Of a stretch of 64,000 nt of DNA, positions 41,765 through 51,604 are shown piece by piece. The translations under genes were made by a program, and so were the position numbers. The stretch covers positions 6,304,001 to 6,368,000 of the forward strand of contig CAVUSO010000001.1 of assembly GCA_963744145.1 (NCBI GenBank), read 5' to 3'. Position 1 is the first letter of the stretch, and every line of letters starts with the position of its first letter. The notes below the pieces were generated by a model. It did no database searches and was not told where the DNA came from. It saw only the letters and a program-made list of their open reading frames with translations. The DNA comes from an uncultured cyanobacterium (GTDB lineage Bacteria > Cyanobacteriota > Cyanobacteriia > Cyanobacteriales > CAWUOF01).

Positions 41765-43306
41765 TTATTTCAGCATCTTGCTAATATCCACCAATAGTTC
41801 TCCGGCTGTTAATGCTGTTGGTGGTTTTATCATTGTGGATGGGGGTAATTTTTGGAGTAATTCCAAAGCGGTTTGACGCATTTTTCGGGATCGGGTTAGA
41901 TCTCCTTCGATTTCGTAGATAGAACTTAATTCTAAATAAGCGTAGATGGATGAAGGGGCTAGATAAATAATTCGTTTAAACAAAAGTTTTGCTTGCTCGA
42001 TCTTACCCTGTTCTTCGGCAATATGTGCTAATAGGTAATAAGGTGCTATGGACAGAGCATCTAAATTTAGTGCTAATTGACAATAGTAATGTGCTTTAAT
42101 ATATTCACCAAGATTTGCATAAGCTTGTGCTACTAAAGCATAAGCGTCAACATAATTTGGATCTAACTCGATCATTTTTTTAGCATTTTCGATCGCGGCT
42201 GGATAATCTTCATGTTGAAAAAACTGTTCAGTTTCAGCTAGAATGAGGTTTAGCGGTGAAACTGGATTTTCATTGGTTAAGTATTGAGGAGGTAAAACTC
42301 CTGAATTGAGTGGTTGAGAAACTGGGGTTTCTCCCAAAGATTGAATTGTTTTCGTTGGAGGAATTTGTGCAAATGGTAGGGTGGGATCAATAATTTGTTT
42401 GCTCAGATTTTTACTCTTGGTTAAACTCCCATTATTGAGATGAGAGTAAGATATTTCTGGTAACCAATTTTCCCGAAGTTGATAAATAATTGATTCAGCA
42501 AAAACTTTGGCTTCTAACTGACCCAGGTTTTGTCCGTGAAGTTCCGTGTGTCCTGTGATCAGATACCCTCCTGGTCTCAAGGTTTGCTGAAACTTTTTTA
42601 AAACTGTAGCGATCGCTTGATGCTCAAAGTAGATAAAAACATTACGACAGATAATTAAATCCATATTATGAATATCGATGGGATTAGGAAAGTAATCATG
42701 CACTAAATTACCATACCTAAATTTCACCATCTGACGAATTTTTTCATCAATTTGCCATAGGTTTTTTTGGTGATGAAAATATCGATTCTGTAAATCTGCA
42801 CCGACGAGACGAAATGACCAAGAATTATATATTCCCCGCTGGGCTTTTTCTAAAACTTCTACATTTATATCCGTACCAATAATAGTAATATTCCATTCTT
42901 GATGATTAGGAATTAACTCATTGAGCAAAATTGCTAAGGAGTATACTTCCTCTCCGGTAGAACATCCAGCACTCCAAATTCGTAGCGATCGCGCTTCTTT
43001 CTTGGTTTTAATTAGTTCTGGTAAAATCTGATTTTCCAGGAGTGTAAACTGTCCTCTATCTCGAAAAAAATAACTTTCTACAGTAGTTATTTGGATCTCT
43101 AAATCTTTCCATTCTTGTTCACTCTGATCAGTCTTTCCATCCAGCAAACCATAATATTCTTCTGGATTAGATATTTTTAATATTTTCATTCTCATCTCGA
43201 TTTTATTACATAATAATTCTCGATCTTGGGGGCGAATATATAAACCTGTGTGAGTCGATATCAATTGCCTAAAATTTTCGATTAATGCTTCTTTCATTGT
43301 CATCAA
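41765..43306 (-). CDS. cheR: CheR methyltransferase with C-terminal TPRs
   Basis: ESYFFRD, IWSAGCSTGEEVYS and CRNVFIYF motifs; TPR tail. Confidence 0.92.
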   Translation of the reverse strand: MMTMKEALIENFRQLISTHTGLYIRPQDRELLCNKIEMRMKILKISNPEEYYGLLDGKTDQSEQEWKDLEIQITTVESYFFRDRGQFTLLENQILPELIKTKKEARSLRIWSAGCSTGEEVYSLAILLNELIPNHQEWNITIIGTDINVEVLEKAQRGIYNSWSFRLVGADLQNRYFHHQKNLWQIDEKIRQMVKFRYGNLVHDYFPNPIDIHNMDLIICRNVFIYFEHQAIATVLKKFQQTLRPGGYLITGHTELHGQNLGQLEAKVFAESIIYQLRENWLPEISYSHLNNGSLTKSKNLSKQIIDPTLPFAQIPPTKTIQSLGETPVSQPLNSGVLPPQYLTNENPVSPLNLILAETEQFFQHEDYPAAIENAKKMIELDPNYVDAYALVAQAYANLGEYIKAHYYCQLALNLDALSIAPYYLLAHIAEEQGKIEQAKLLFKRIIYLAPSSIYAYLELSSIYEIEGDLTRSRKMRQTALELLQKLPPSTMIKPPTALTAGELLVDISKMLK

Positions 43307-43660
43307 ATTTATTTTAAGGGAGATAAAAGACGAAGAAAAAATAAAAATTTACCAAAAATCTTTAGGCCAGAAACATCAAAGATCATGATCCAAACTTGGG
43401 AAAGATATTTAGAGGCACCTCTTTAATTTCAGCCAACCATTTTCCCTAGAAAAGTTAATTAATTTGGTTTCACCTTTAACTTCATTATAACACAATACAG
43501 TTCAGTTAAGCTAGATCAGGCATATTTATGCTGACATTGGTTACTGATGCTTGTCTGCTCGTTTACTACAGTTAATACCAATTCTTAAAATCCTTAATTT
43601 TCAAATAATTCAATCATGATACCCCATTTAATACCTTTAATTTTCAAAATTTTACTTCAG

Positions 43661-46600
43661 TTATTTATCTTCATCAATAACACTTTTTAAATCTAAAGTC
43701 AATTGTCCAGGTTCTAAAAGCAATTCCTGTTGCACATAAACTACTTTGGCTTTAATCTCATCCATTGCTAACCATAAATTTAATAAGGCTTTTTCTTCAG
43801 GGATGCGTTTACGTTCGTCTCCGATGCGGGGGATAACTTTTAAGGCTATTTCCCAAGCTCGCATAAACCTATCATTGGTGATTAGTTCTGTGGCTTTCAT
43901 AAAACGGCGGATTGGTTCGATGGTTTGTTCTTGTTGATAAATAGCAATGATCGTGTGGAGTCCGTCAATCAGATAATGGGCAGAAAATTCATTGTCTACG
44001 ATCGAGAATGCGTGTTTTTTATAGCGTTGTTCAGGGCTGAGGAATTTACAAGTTCCGCTTTTGATGTCGAGGATTTTGTAACTTTTGCCTAGGTCAGCAA
44101 CATTGAAACCACCTACGGCTAGGGCAAGTTGTCGAGCGTCATCAAAGGGGAATTCGCGGGCGCGGAAAGCATCCCAAGCGAGGAAATACCATTGGCTAAC
44201 AGGGTCAAAACCCATGGTGTCAGTTTGAGCGAGTTTGCGGAAGCGGTAGTTAGCAACAGCTTTGCGAGCTTCAGCAAATGCAACTTCGGGGCGGACTTCG
44301 TTACCTGTACTATCAAGAACTGGCCAGGAGCGGGAAAAGACATTGAGAGCGGGACCAAAGGCACTGAGATAGAGATCGATCCCTTGAATATCATTGTCTT
44401 CAAATTCTGGGGCGCGTTGTTCGACTAGATTGGAGACTTCGGGGCGGAGGTCATCCCACCAGGCTTGTTCGGCGTTGGGGTCGCGTTTGCGGCACACAAG
44501 TAATACTGTACTAGCGACGGAGTTCTTTTGGGCTTGGTGGAGGTTTTGCGGGTTTTCGGTGCTGACTGACCATGATGCGGTGATCTCAAAGCCTGCATTA
44601 ATTAAGGAATATGCTAGGGTATCCCATGCTCCTGATTCTTTGTGATTGAATTGCACAGTCATTACCCCATCTTCTCGTAAGACGCGATGATATTCGGCAA
44701 ATGCCATTGCCATTTTTGCTTCATAATCTTGGTTAGCGAGTTCTTCGGGGGATACTCCCATATTGCGAAAGCGTGAGGGATTGGCTACGGCTTCGCGATC
44801 TTTGTCGGTGAGTTCCATCCAGAAGAGATCGGGGAAGATATCGCCGAGGGTGCGTTTTTGCCAAACATAGAAAAAATCTGATAGTTCAGCGTATTGGATG
44901 GTTGCGTAATAAGGTGGATCTGTGATAATTACATCTACTGAGTTATCAGAAATATGAGAAAGGTTATCAGCAGAAGCGGAGAAAATTTCAAGAGAATTTG
45001 TCCTTGTGGGTCGGGCATCTTGCCCGACATTTCCGATGACATTTCCCCTATCCTCAAACAAATCATTATTTGTTAATAGTTGTTCATTAGTTTCAGCAAT
45101 TGACAGGCTAGAAGCCTGTCCCACAATTTGAGATTGCCATAGGAAAACATAATCTTCAGGGGTTAGAGATAAACTGGCTTTTACAGGATTTTGCCTGATA
45201 TATTCCCAAGTATTAAAAAACTCTCTTTCATCTCGAATAATTCGATCATATCGGCGATCCTGCCAAACAGTACCAATATGATTCATCACCTTTGAAATTT
45301 GTTTAGCTGTATAGCTTTTAATACTGTGTAAAATATTTGCTGATGTCCAATATTCTCCCTCATTTTTTGATAATGGTTCCAACAATAAATGCACATGGTC
45401 AGGCATAACCACTGCACAGTATAACTGATATCTTTGATCATTAAAGAATCGACAAGCATCTAAAACAATTTGTCTAGCTTCAAGTGTTAACTCAATTCTC
45501 TCAATCGTATTGAAAGTAATAAAGTATATAGAACCATTCAGTTCCCAGTGTGGAAGTGTACCCCAATTGCTGTAAGTAATTTTCAAGTTTGGATTTAGAT
45601 ATATTTCATCATCATCATTCCTTGTGGGTCGGGCATCCTGCCCGACATTTCCACCATCATCATTAACAATCAAACTGCCATTAATAACTAAATTATTGTT
45701 ATGAGTAGCTAATTTGTTATGATCATTGGTAATTGACAGGCTAGAAGCCTGTCCCACAAAATTAAGATTAAAAAGTATTCTGTTATCCTCCGTACCTAGC
45801 AAATTACAAAGATTTTGATAATCTGAGGCAAAAGCATCAGCACAGGAATTCCAGAGTTCACCTTTCCCACTAATTTCTGGATAATTCCACATTAAGTTTA
45901 ATGAGTGTTGTGCAGATGCTGTCTTAGAGCCGGCTCTTGAGGAATCCCAATGGGCTAACCTACAATTCGTGTCAGCACAACGATCTAATACTAACCCTAA
46001 ATAAGTGGCGATCGCCTCAACTTTATTCTGATAGTATAATTCAATATTTGCGATCGCCCTCTGGATATCCTCTACTTCTGGATTAGATTTTAATTTGGCG
46101 ATCACTGTTTCTTTTTCTTCTTCACATTCATCCTGAATTAGTGATTTTGCTTCATTGATAATTTCTAAATATGTAACAAGAGTTAAAAGTTGGCGAGAAT
46201 TGAAATAATCTAGGCTTTTTGCTAAACCATAAGCAATACATCTATCTGAAAAACCATCAAATCTTTCTTCTACTGGCAAAATTCCACTTGCTTTTAAATA
46301 ATCTAACTTCTCATTCAAATAAATTACTACTTTATTAATTCCGTCAATATCGATCTGAGTTGGTATTCTAAAATCTAAACTAGCTTTGCCTTTACGATAG
46401 GCTACAGCATACAAATGATGTCTAAAATTACCCGCCAAAGCTTGAGATTTAATTACATCATCTTCGATCACATTGTCGCAATTAGGACATCTACCAACGC
46501 CCCGACCAATAGTAGTTGTTGTATCCGGATCATATTCTCCATCATCAGTTTGAATAGTTGTTCCTTTTCCCTTCTTCCCCTTCACCAATTCAAAATCAAC

Positions 46601-47341
46601 CCGCTTATTCTCAGGGTTAGGAATTGGCTTGACTGCACACCATTTATGTAAATTCTGCTTTTCTGGACGTTTATATAACCACCAATTCGGACTCAAAGGT
46701 ACAACCGATTCACAATTCGGACAAACCACCGTATGTGCCCACAGATAATTCTGTACAGTTTCCCCAGGTAAAGAAGGGAAAAACTCCGCTAATCTTTTCT
46801 CGGCTTCATCACCTACCCACTTCACCCATTGATCAATATCCTGCTGCAAATCCGGTCCAAACTTTAGGGGATATTCCATCGCAGCTTTCATCGTCACAAC
46901 AGCGACAGGATTCAGATCCGATGCTAATACATTAAACCCATATCTTGCTGCTTCAAAGGGAATACTCCCACCCCCCGCAAACGCATCTAAAACTGTAGGT
47001 GTACGAGTTCCCCACAATTTTTCACAATAATCCTGCACCTTTTTAATTCTCAATTTACCAGGAGGTGTTTTATACAACTTAATATCAGGATCTGGTTTCA
47101 AACCTTCTTGTTCTGGGTACAAACCTAACAGATATTTAAACTCCTCCATTGTTACATCCCCAGGTAACAAGGAAGCTAACACACTGGCTCGACTAAAGGA
47201 CAAAGGTTTGCGCGAATACCACCGATGTAAACCCTTAAACGGATTACCCCCATGTTCGTAATATACCTGCTCGTTGAGTAACTTCACGGGCATAATTTTT
47301 TCAATAAAAACTTGAGGACGGTGGGAACTAGAGTTAGTCAT
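43661..47341 (-). CDS. DUF1156-family adenine DNA methyltransferase with an in-frame RAYT transposase domain
   Basis: LHRWYSRKP, LDAFAGGGSIP (motif I), CPNC Zn ribbons and TDPPYY (motif IV); inserted residues about 529-780 contain an HUH-Y1 transposase. Confidence 0.9.
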   Translation of the reverse strand: MTNSSSHRPQVFIEKIMPVKLLNEQVYYEHGGNPFKGLHRWYSRKPLSFSRASVLASLLPGDVTMEEFKYLLGLYPEQEGLKPDPDIKLYKTPPGKLRIKKVQDYCEKLWGTRTPTVLDAFAGGGSIPFEAARYGFNVLASDLNPVAVVTMKAAMEYPLKFGPDLQQDIDQWVKWVGDEAEKRLAEFFPSLPGETVQNYLWAHTVVCPNCESVVPLSPNWWLYKRPEKQNLHKWCAVKPIPNPENKRVDFELVKGKKGKGTTIQTDDGEYDPDTTTTIGRGVGRCPNCDNVIEDDVIKSQALAGNFRHHLYAVAYRKGKASLDFRIPTQIDIDGINKVVIYLNEKLDYLKASGILPVEERFDGFSDRCIAYGLAKSLDYFNSRQLLTLVTYLEIINEAKSLIQDECEEEKETVIAKLKSNPEVEDIQRAIANIELYYQNKVEAIATYLGLVLDRCADTNCRLAHWDSSRAGSKTASAQHSLNLMWNYPEISGKGELWNSCADAFASDYQNLCNLLGTEDNRILFNLNFVGQASSLSITNDHNKLATHNNNLVINGSLIVNDDGGNVGQDARPTRNDDDEIYLNPNLKITYSNWGTLPHWELNGSIYFITFNTIERIELTLEARQIVLDACRFFNDQRYQLYCAVVMPDHVHLLLEPLSKNEGEYWTSANILHSIKSYTAKQISKVMNHIGTVWQDRRYDRIIRDEREFFNTWEYIRQNPVKASLSLTPEDYVFLWQSQIVGQASSLSIAETNEQLLTNNDLFEDRGNVIGNVGQDARPTRTNSLEIFSASADNLSHISDNSVDVIITDPPYYATIQYAELSDFFYVWQKRTLGDIFPDLFWMELTDKDREAVANPSRFRNMGVSPEELANQDYEAKMAMAFAEYHRVLREDGVMTVQFNHKESGAWDTLAYSLINAGFEITASWSVSTENPQNLHQAQKNSVASTVLLVCRKRDPNAEQAWWDDLRPEVSNLVEQRAPEFEDNDIQGIDLYLSAFGPALNVFSRSWPVLDSTGNEVRPEVAFAEARKAVANYRFRKLAQTDTMGFDPVSQWYFLAWDAFRAREFPFDDARQLALAVGGFNVADLGKSYKILDIKSGTCKFLSPEQRYKKHAFSIVDNEFSAHYLIDGLHTIIAIYQQEQTIEPIRRFMKATELITNDRFMRAWEIALKVIPRIGDERKRIPEEKALLNLWLAMDEIKAKVVYVQQELLLEPGQLTLDLKSVIDEDK
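45003..45760 (-). mobile_element. REPtron-like unit (REP doublet, RAYT/TnpA-REP domain, REP doublet) in frame within the methyltransferase
   Basis: RAYT motifs LPHW, YFITF, VVMPDHVHLL, WQDRRYDRIIR and EYIRQNPVKA at about 45134-45585; REPs at 45006-45028, 45102-45124, 45624-45646 and 45735-45757. Confidence 0.88.
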
Positions 47342-47477
47342 AATTAATTTTCGAGTAAGTGAAGTAAAAAGAAATTACCCCTTGACTTTCCTGGGTAATT
47401 GCTATACTATAGCATCATGGGAATCTGTGCCGACCTATAAAGTAAGTTAAATTTAGTAAAATAATAATTTATCCTGA

Positions 47478-47803
47478 TTTTGATCGTCATCTACCAGAAA
47501 ATATCATCAACGATTTGAGCAATCCAACTCCACCTCAAACTTCTGAAGAATTAGGCTGGTCTTCGGTTTTTTTTGAATAGATGAACCACCAAGGCACCAA
47601 GGCACTAAGGTTAGGAAGTTTGGTCCGATCGCTTCTTCGTGTCTTGGTGTCTTGGTGGTAAAAATCTCATGACTGTTACCTCTGAAGAATTAGGCTGGTC
47701 TTCTGGTTTTTTTTGAACAGACAGCAGGATGTTTAGCTGATGAGCTATTGGTGCGATATCCCCAAGGTGAATATGAGATCAGAGAGGAAATCGAATGATT
47801 TAC
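47478..47803 (+). pseudogene. Degraded antitoxin-like gene, internally duplicated, followed by a truncated ATGATTTAC start
   Basis: EELGWS.GFFEQTAGCLADE.LVRYPQGEYEIREEIE-stop with frameshift; direct repeats at 47542-47580 and 47681-47720. Confidence 0.5.
47585..47659. repeat. Hairpin element built from 9-mer CACCAAGRC units
   Basis: ACCACCAAGGCACCAAGGCAC ... GTGTCTTGGTGTCTTGGTGGT. Confidence 0.7.
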
Positions 47804-47817
47804 AGAGGATTTCTATA

Positions 47818-47956
47818 TTGATGAAGTACAGTAAGATTGTGGGACAGGCATCTTGCCTGTCAGTCAGTTAAAGTCGATTGTGATTGATCTGTGTTGGTTG
47901 GGCGGGTTTATGATGGTGATCGGTTTGTCACAAAATTAATTGGTGAACCCGCCCCT
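47818..47956 (+). repeat. About 140-bp dispersed composite repeat, copy 2
   Basis: Contains an intact REP GTGG-GACAGGCA-TCT-TGCCTGTC at 47839-47861 and runs out into AACCCGCCCCTAC. Confidence 0.8.
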
Positions 47957-48300
47957 ACAAATCCCGGTTAATTGTAATCATAAATTTATCGACCATCTAT
48001 TATGATCATCTAATTTAATCTTGATGGTCTGGGAATTATTCCCTTGGTCATACAATTGCACCGCCCAACCTTACAGATCACATGGATGAATCCACCCCAT
48101 CTGACTAACGGAGATGGTTAAAATTTAATATATTTATTTTGTCTATAGCTTTGAAACAGAGAAAGAGTATAGCGATCGATCATAACTCCCGAATTTTCAT
48201 AAATTGCAGCGATCGCACATTCAAATTCAATCCTAGCAAACTGCACCAGATCACCAACGACCTGGGGTGTTAATTCCCACTTGCTCTGCTAGTCAGAATT

Positions 48301-49770
48301 TTAATAATTAGGATCAGACTGAGGGAGTTGAGGTTGAGGTGCTTCAGGAATTAGACGTGCTACTGCTTGCTTTACAAAAGACTGTAAAAAAGCTACTTTT
48401 TCGTTTTGCTGAAAAACTTTTTGCACAGTTTCACCCAATTTCTTTAAGTTTAAACCACTAGATTCTGGGCTATTTACATCCTGTGCTTGGAAATATTCAA
48501 TTAAACTTAATCCTGCTAATCGAGTTAAATAAGCAGCACTGATTCCCTGGGCTAATCCACCGGCTACATAGGTAATTGCATTACTTTTTAATATACTGCT
48601 AATGGTTTGAGTTGAAAGTTCTACTAACCCTAATTGTAACATTAATTTACCCAATGTTACCGCTAAAGTTTGGGCTTGTTGGAGGGAAAATTTTTGGTGA
48701 TAAATCCCACCTAAATCAACCACTAATTGAGCATTAATTGCTGCTGTTGCTAATAAATCTAGGGCTGGAAATGGATTAGCAAAAGCTGTAGCTGCGGCAA
48801 TCCATTGTGATTGTTCAATGATTGGTAGAGCCCGATCGCGTCGCACTCCATTTAATACTAACTTGACTTCAGCTTGGGTAGTTTGAGCAGCACGTAAGGT
48901 GGTAGACCAAACTAATTTTTGACCTACACTATTCAGAATTTGAGTTAAGCGATGAGTAAGTTCTTTAATCTCTGGGGTGGGTTGTTCTAACCATTCTTTT
49001 ACGCTCCGATCGGGTTGATGTTGCATAACTTTACGCGGATCGGGTAAAGTCGCGATCGCCACTACATCGGACTCATCAATTATTCCCTTAACTCGCTGTT
49101 TGAGTTGCTGTAAGATGATGGTGCGTTCGGTCGGTAAATATTGATCTTGCTTATTAAACACTAAGACTATATGCACCGCAATTTGGGCGAGTTTCTGTAA
49201 GATTTGATATTCAGGTTCAGTTAAATCTCCATTAACTACAAATAAGACTAAATCCGAGGCGATCGCCAGATCCAGGACTTCTTTTTCTGCGGTCATTTCC
49301 CCATCATCACTGACAAATAATGATGGTGCTTCCTGAAAAATGAGGGGTGTTTTTTGTCTTGCACCTGTCAACAGTTTTAGCAAGGTACTTTTACCGACTG
49401 ATTTACCACCAATAATCCCCAGACGTAGCTCAATTCGCTCTAATTCAGTTGTAATTTGGGCAATTGTCTCTTGGAATTTCCCATTAGCATCAAAACCGGG
49501 TGTTTCTGCTTCCAGCAGTGCGATCGTCTTGGTTGTTTCTTTAATTGCTTGTTCTACTGTAGTTCGTTCGATCAACTGGGGTGATGATAGTAGTTCCATT
49601 TGGGTAGTCTGTTGTTTCGACCACCAGATCACTGTCCCAATGGCGATCGCACCCAATACCAGGATCTCGTCCAGATTCTCGATGGAGTTATGTAAACTCT
49701 CCCATATCCATAATGCAATCGATATACCAATTCCACCAATTAAAATGGGTCGTCGCCAGGTTAGAGTCAT
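48301..49770 (-). CDS. YcjF/DUF697 family protein with a GTPase-like domain
   Basis: GGKSVGKST, VFNKQD, ANPFPALDLLA and QGISAAYLTRLAG motifs. Confidence 0.85.
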   Translation of the reverse strand: MTLTWRRPILIGGIGISIALWIWESLHNSIENLDEILVLGAIAIGTVIWWSKQQTTQMELLSSPQLIERTTVEQAIKETTKTIALLEAETPGFDANGKFQETIAQITTELERIELRLGIIGGKSVGKSTLLKLLTGARQKTPLIFQEAPSLFVSDDGEMTAEKEVLDLAIASDLVLFVVNGDLTEPEYQILQKLAQIAVHIVLVFNKQDQYLPTERTIILQQLKQRVKGIIDESDVVAIATLPDPRKVMQHQPDRSVKEWLEQPTPEIKELTHRLTQILNSVGQKLVWSTTLRAAQTTQAEVKLVLNGVRRDRALPIIEQSQWIAAATAFANPFPALDLLATAAINAQLVVDLGGIYHQKFSLQQAQTLAVTLGKLMLQLGLVELSTQTISSILKSNAITYVAGGLAQGISAAYLTRLAGLSLIEYFQAQDVNSPESSGLNLKKLGETVQKVFQQNEKVAFLQSFVKQAVARLIPEAPQPQLPQSDPNY

Positions 49771-49846
49771 AATCTTAAATTTAGCAGCGCTGTTGACTTC
49801 TATTTTAAACTGGCAGAGCTAATTAGCGTTGTTTTTTTTCCTAACT

Positions 49847-49884
49847 AAAAAGCCCTACAACCGGATTTGGTTGTAAGGCTTTTT
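49847..49884 (-). terminator. Intrinsic terminator downstream of the tRNA
   Basis: AAAAAGCCCTACAACC-loop-GGTTGTAAGGCTTTTT. Confidence 0.7.
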
Positions 49885-49895
49885 CATCTGTAATT

Positions 49896-49972
<77 letters not shown>

Positions 49973-50061
49973 TTGTTTTCCTTCGCTTTATCTAGTATAA
50001 ACACAACTTCCTCAGATTGGCAACCCCTAATCAGAAAATAATTTACTTTTTTTTCCTGGAG

Positions 50062-51015
50062 CTACAACATGGACAATTCACCGATTACTTCTAAACGTTT
50101 GAACTTACTCAAACTTACAAAAGTTTCAGCCAAAGTCTCAGCGATCGCAGGGGTCAACCAACCCATCTGCTTGAGCAAGTAAATCGCGACAGCATATTTA
50201 GCCCGTTTGGCTCCATCAATTACCTTAATGGCTAATCCCATCCCTTCTCCGACCCTACCAATACACTGAATTCCTTCTGCACCTGACTTACTGACCAATT
50301 CACCTTCACTTAAACGCATCAATAGGGTATCAAATTCTCCTTCTCCAGCGATCATCGCCGGATGATGGGTCATTGCCCTGACAATCCGCTCCATATCCAA
50401 ATTATTCCCAGAGGCTAATTGAGCATATAAATTCGCCATTTGCCCAAGTTGCATGAAATAAGTAGGGGCACCACAGTCATCATGGGCACAGATAAATTCT
50501 TCTGCGGGCATTCGTAGTAATTCCGCAATTTTGCCTAAAATCAACTTCTGAACCGGATGATTTTTATGTAAATAATTATTAAGTGGCCAATTACGTTGCT
50601 TACAAACAGCTAGCATCCCAGCGTGTTTGCCAGAGCAATTATATTCCAGACTACTGCGTTTGCCTTCAGGAATCGGACATTGGAGGACTGAAGGGTCAAT
50701 ATCAGCACGCCAAAGCACATTAAAAGCTTGTCTGACCTGTGGTGTTGTTCCTAAATGGGAACTACAGATAATGGCCAAATCTCTATCGGTCAGGTTATAG
50801 CGTTCAAGAGTGCCCGTAGTAGTTACAGCCAACGCTTGAAAAGGTTTAAGTGCTGAACGGACGAAGGCGGCAGTTTCGGCGTTACCTGCAACTGATAGGA
50901 CCCGTCCTCGCTGGTCAGAGACGACTGCTTGGACTTGGTGTTTGGATTCAATTATGCCTTCCCGCAATAGTCTGACTTCTAATTCTGCGGCTTGAGTTCG
51001 TTTTCCCATTGTCAT
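50062..51015 (-). CDS. L-asparaginase II family protein
   Basis: RSALKPFQA, NCSGKHAGML, DDCGAP and SKSGAEG motifs. Confidence 0.9.
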   Translation of the reverse strand: MTMGKRTQAAELEVRLLREGIIESKHQVQAVVSDQRGRVLSVAGNAETAAFVRSALKPFQALAVTTTGTLERYNLTDRDLAIICSSHLGTTPQVRQAFNVLWRADIDPSVLQCPIPEGKRSSLEYNCSGKHAGMLAVCKQRNWPLNNYLHKNHPVQKLILGKIAELLRMPAEEFICAHDDCGAPTYFMQLGQMANLYAQLASGNNLDMERIVRAMTHHPAMIAGEGEFDTLLMRLSEGELVSKSGAEGIQCIGRVGEGMGLAIKVIDGAKRAKYAVAIYLLKQMGWLTPAIAETLAETFVSLSKFKRLEVIGELSML

Positions 51016-51065
51016 GTTTATGACTTTAACATCCTTCAAGGACAGGAGAAAGGAGAGCTAAAAAA

Positions 51066-51596
51066 TTAATTTTTATTACCAACGCTCAAAAGCTGGTAAG
51101 AGAGTAAACTCCAACTGAAACCACTCACCAAAATGAATATGGTTAAAATTTTCAAAGTGTGATTTAGTCTTTGGAGTAGGGGTTGGATTTGATAGGTAAC
51201 GATGAGTTGATCTTGAGCTAGAACTTCGGGCGGTTTCACCCAAATTTGACCATCATACCAACCTGATTCTTCATATATTACCGTCGGACTACGGAGGCGA
51301 TCGCCCACATAGCGCCAGCCTAAATATAGACGCAATAGAGCTAACCCCAAAATTACTGTTGTGCCCGCAGCACCACTGAGGAAAAACCGCAATGGGTATT
51401 TCAGGGGAGGAAAACTCGCTGCGGTTACTGGACTGATCAATAACCAACTCACACTCCAAATTCCCAGGATTTTGGTGACATAAGTCCTTAGTGCTAGAGC
51501 CGTCCAACCAAAACAACAGGATTCTTTTAATTCTTGGTATTCATTAATCGGACGTTGTTCAGGTGGAACTGGGCATACTTTCACAGAAGCATCCAT
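51066..51596 (-). CDS. CGLD27/Ycf36 (DUF1230) family protein
   Basis: CPVPPEQRPINEY and YEESGWYDGQIW motifs. Confidence 0.9.
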   Translation of the reverse strand: MDASVKVCPVPPEQRPINEYQELKESCCFGWTALALRTYVTKILGIWSVSWLLISPVTAASFPPLKYPLRFFLSGAAGTTVILGLALLRLYLGWRYVGDRLRSPTVIYEESGWYDGQIWVKPPEVLAQDQLIVTYQIQPLLQRLNHTLKILTIFILVSGFSWSLLSYQLLSVGNKN

Positions 51597-51604
51597 GATC
51601 GTTG

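Noticed and set aside
45134..45585. The insert as an ordinary IS200 tnpA
   Set aside because: It has RAYT-type YFITF, WQxxxYDRIIR and YIxxNP motifs and flanking REP doublets, unlike the tnpA at 1800-2192.
45003..45760. The methyltransferase insert as an intein or intron
   Set aside because: No intein terminal motifs (Cys/Ser start, His-Asn end) or group I/II intron features seen; the motifs are those of an HUH-Y1 transposase.
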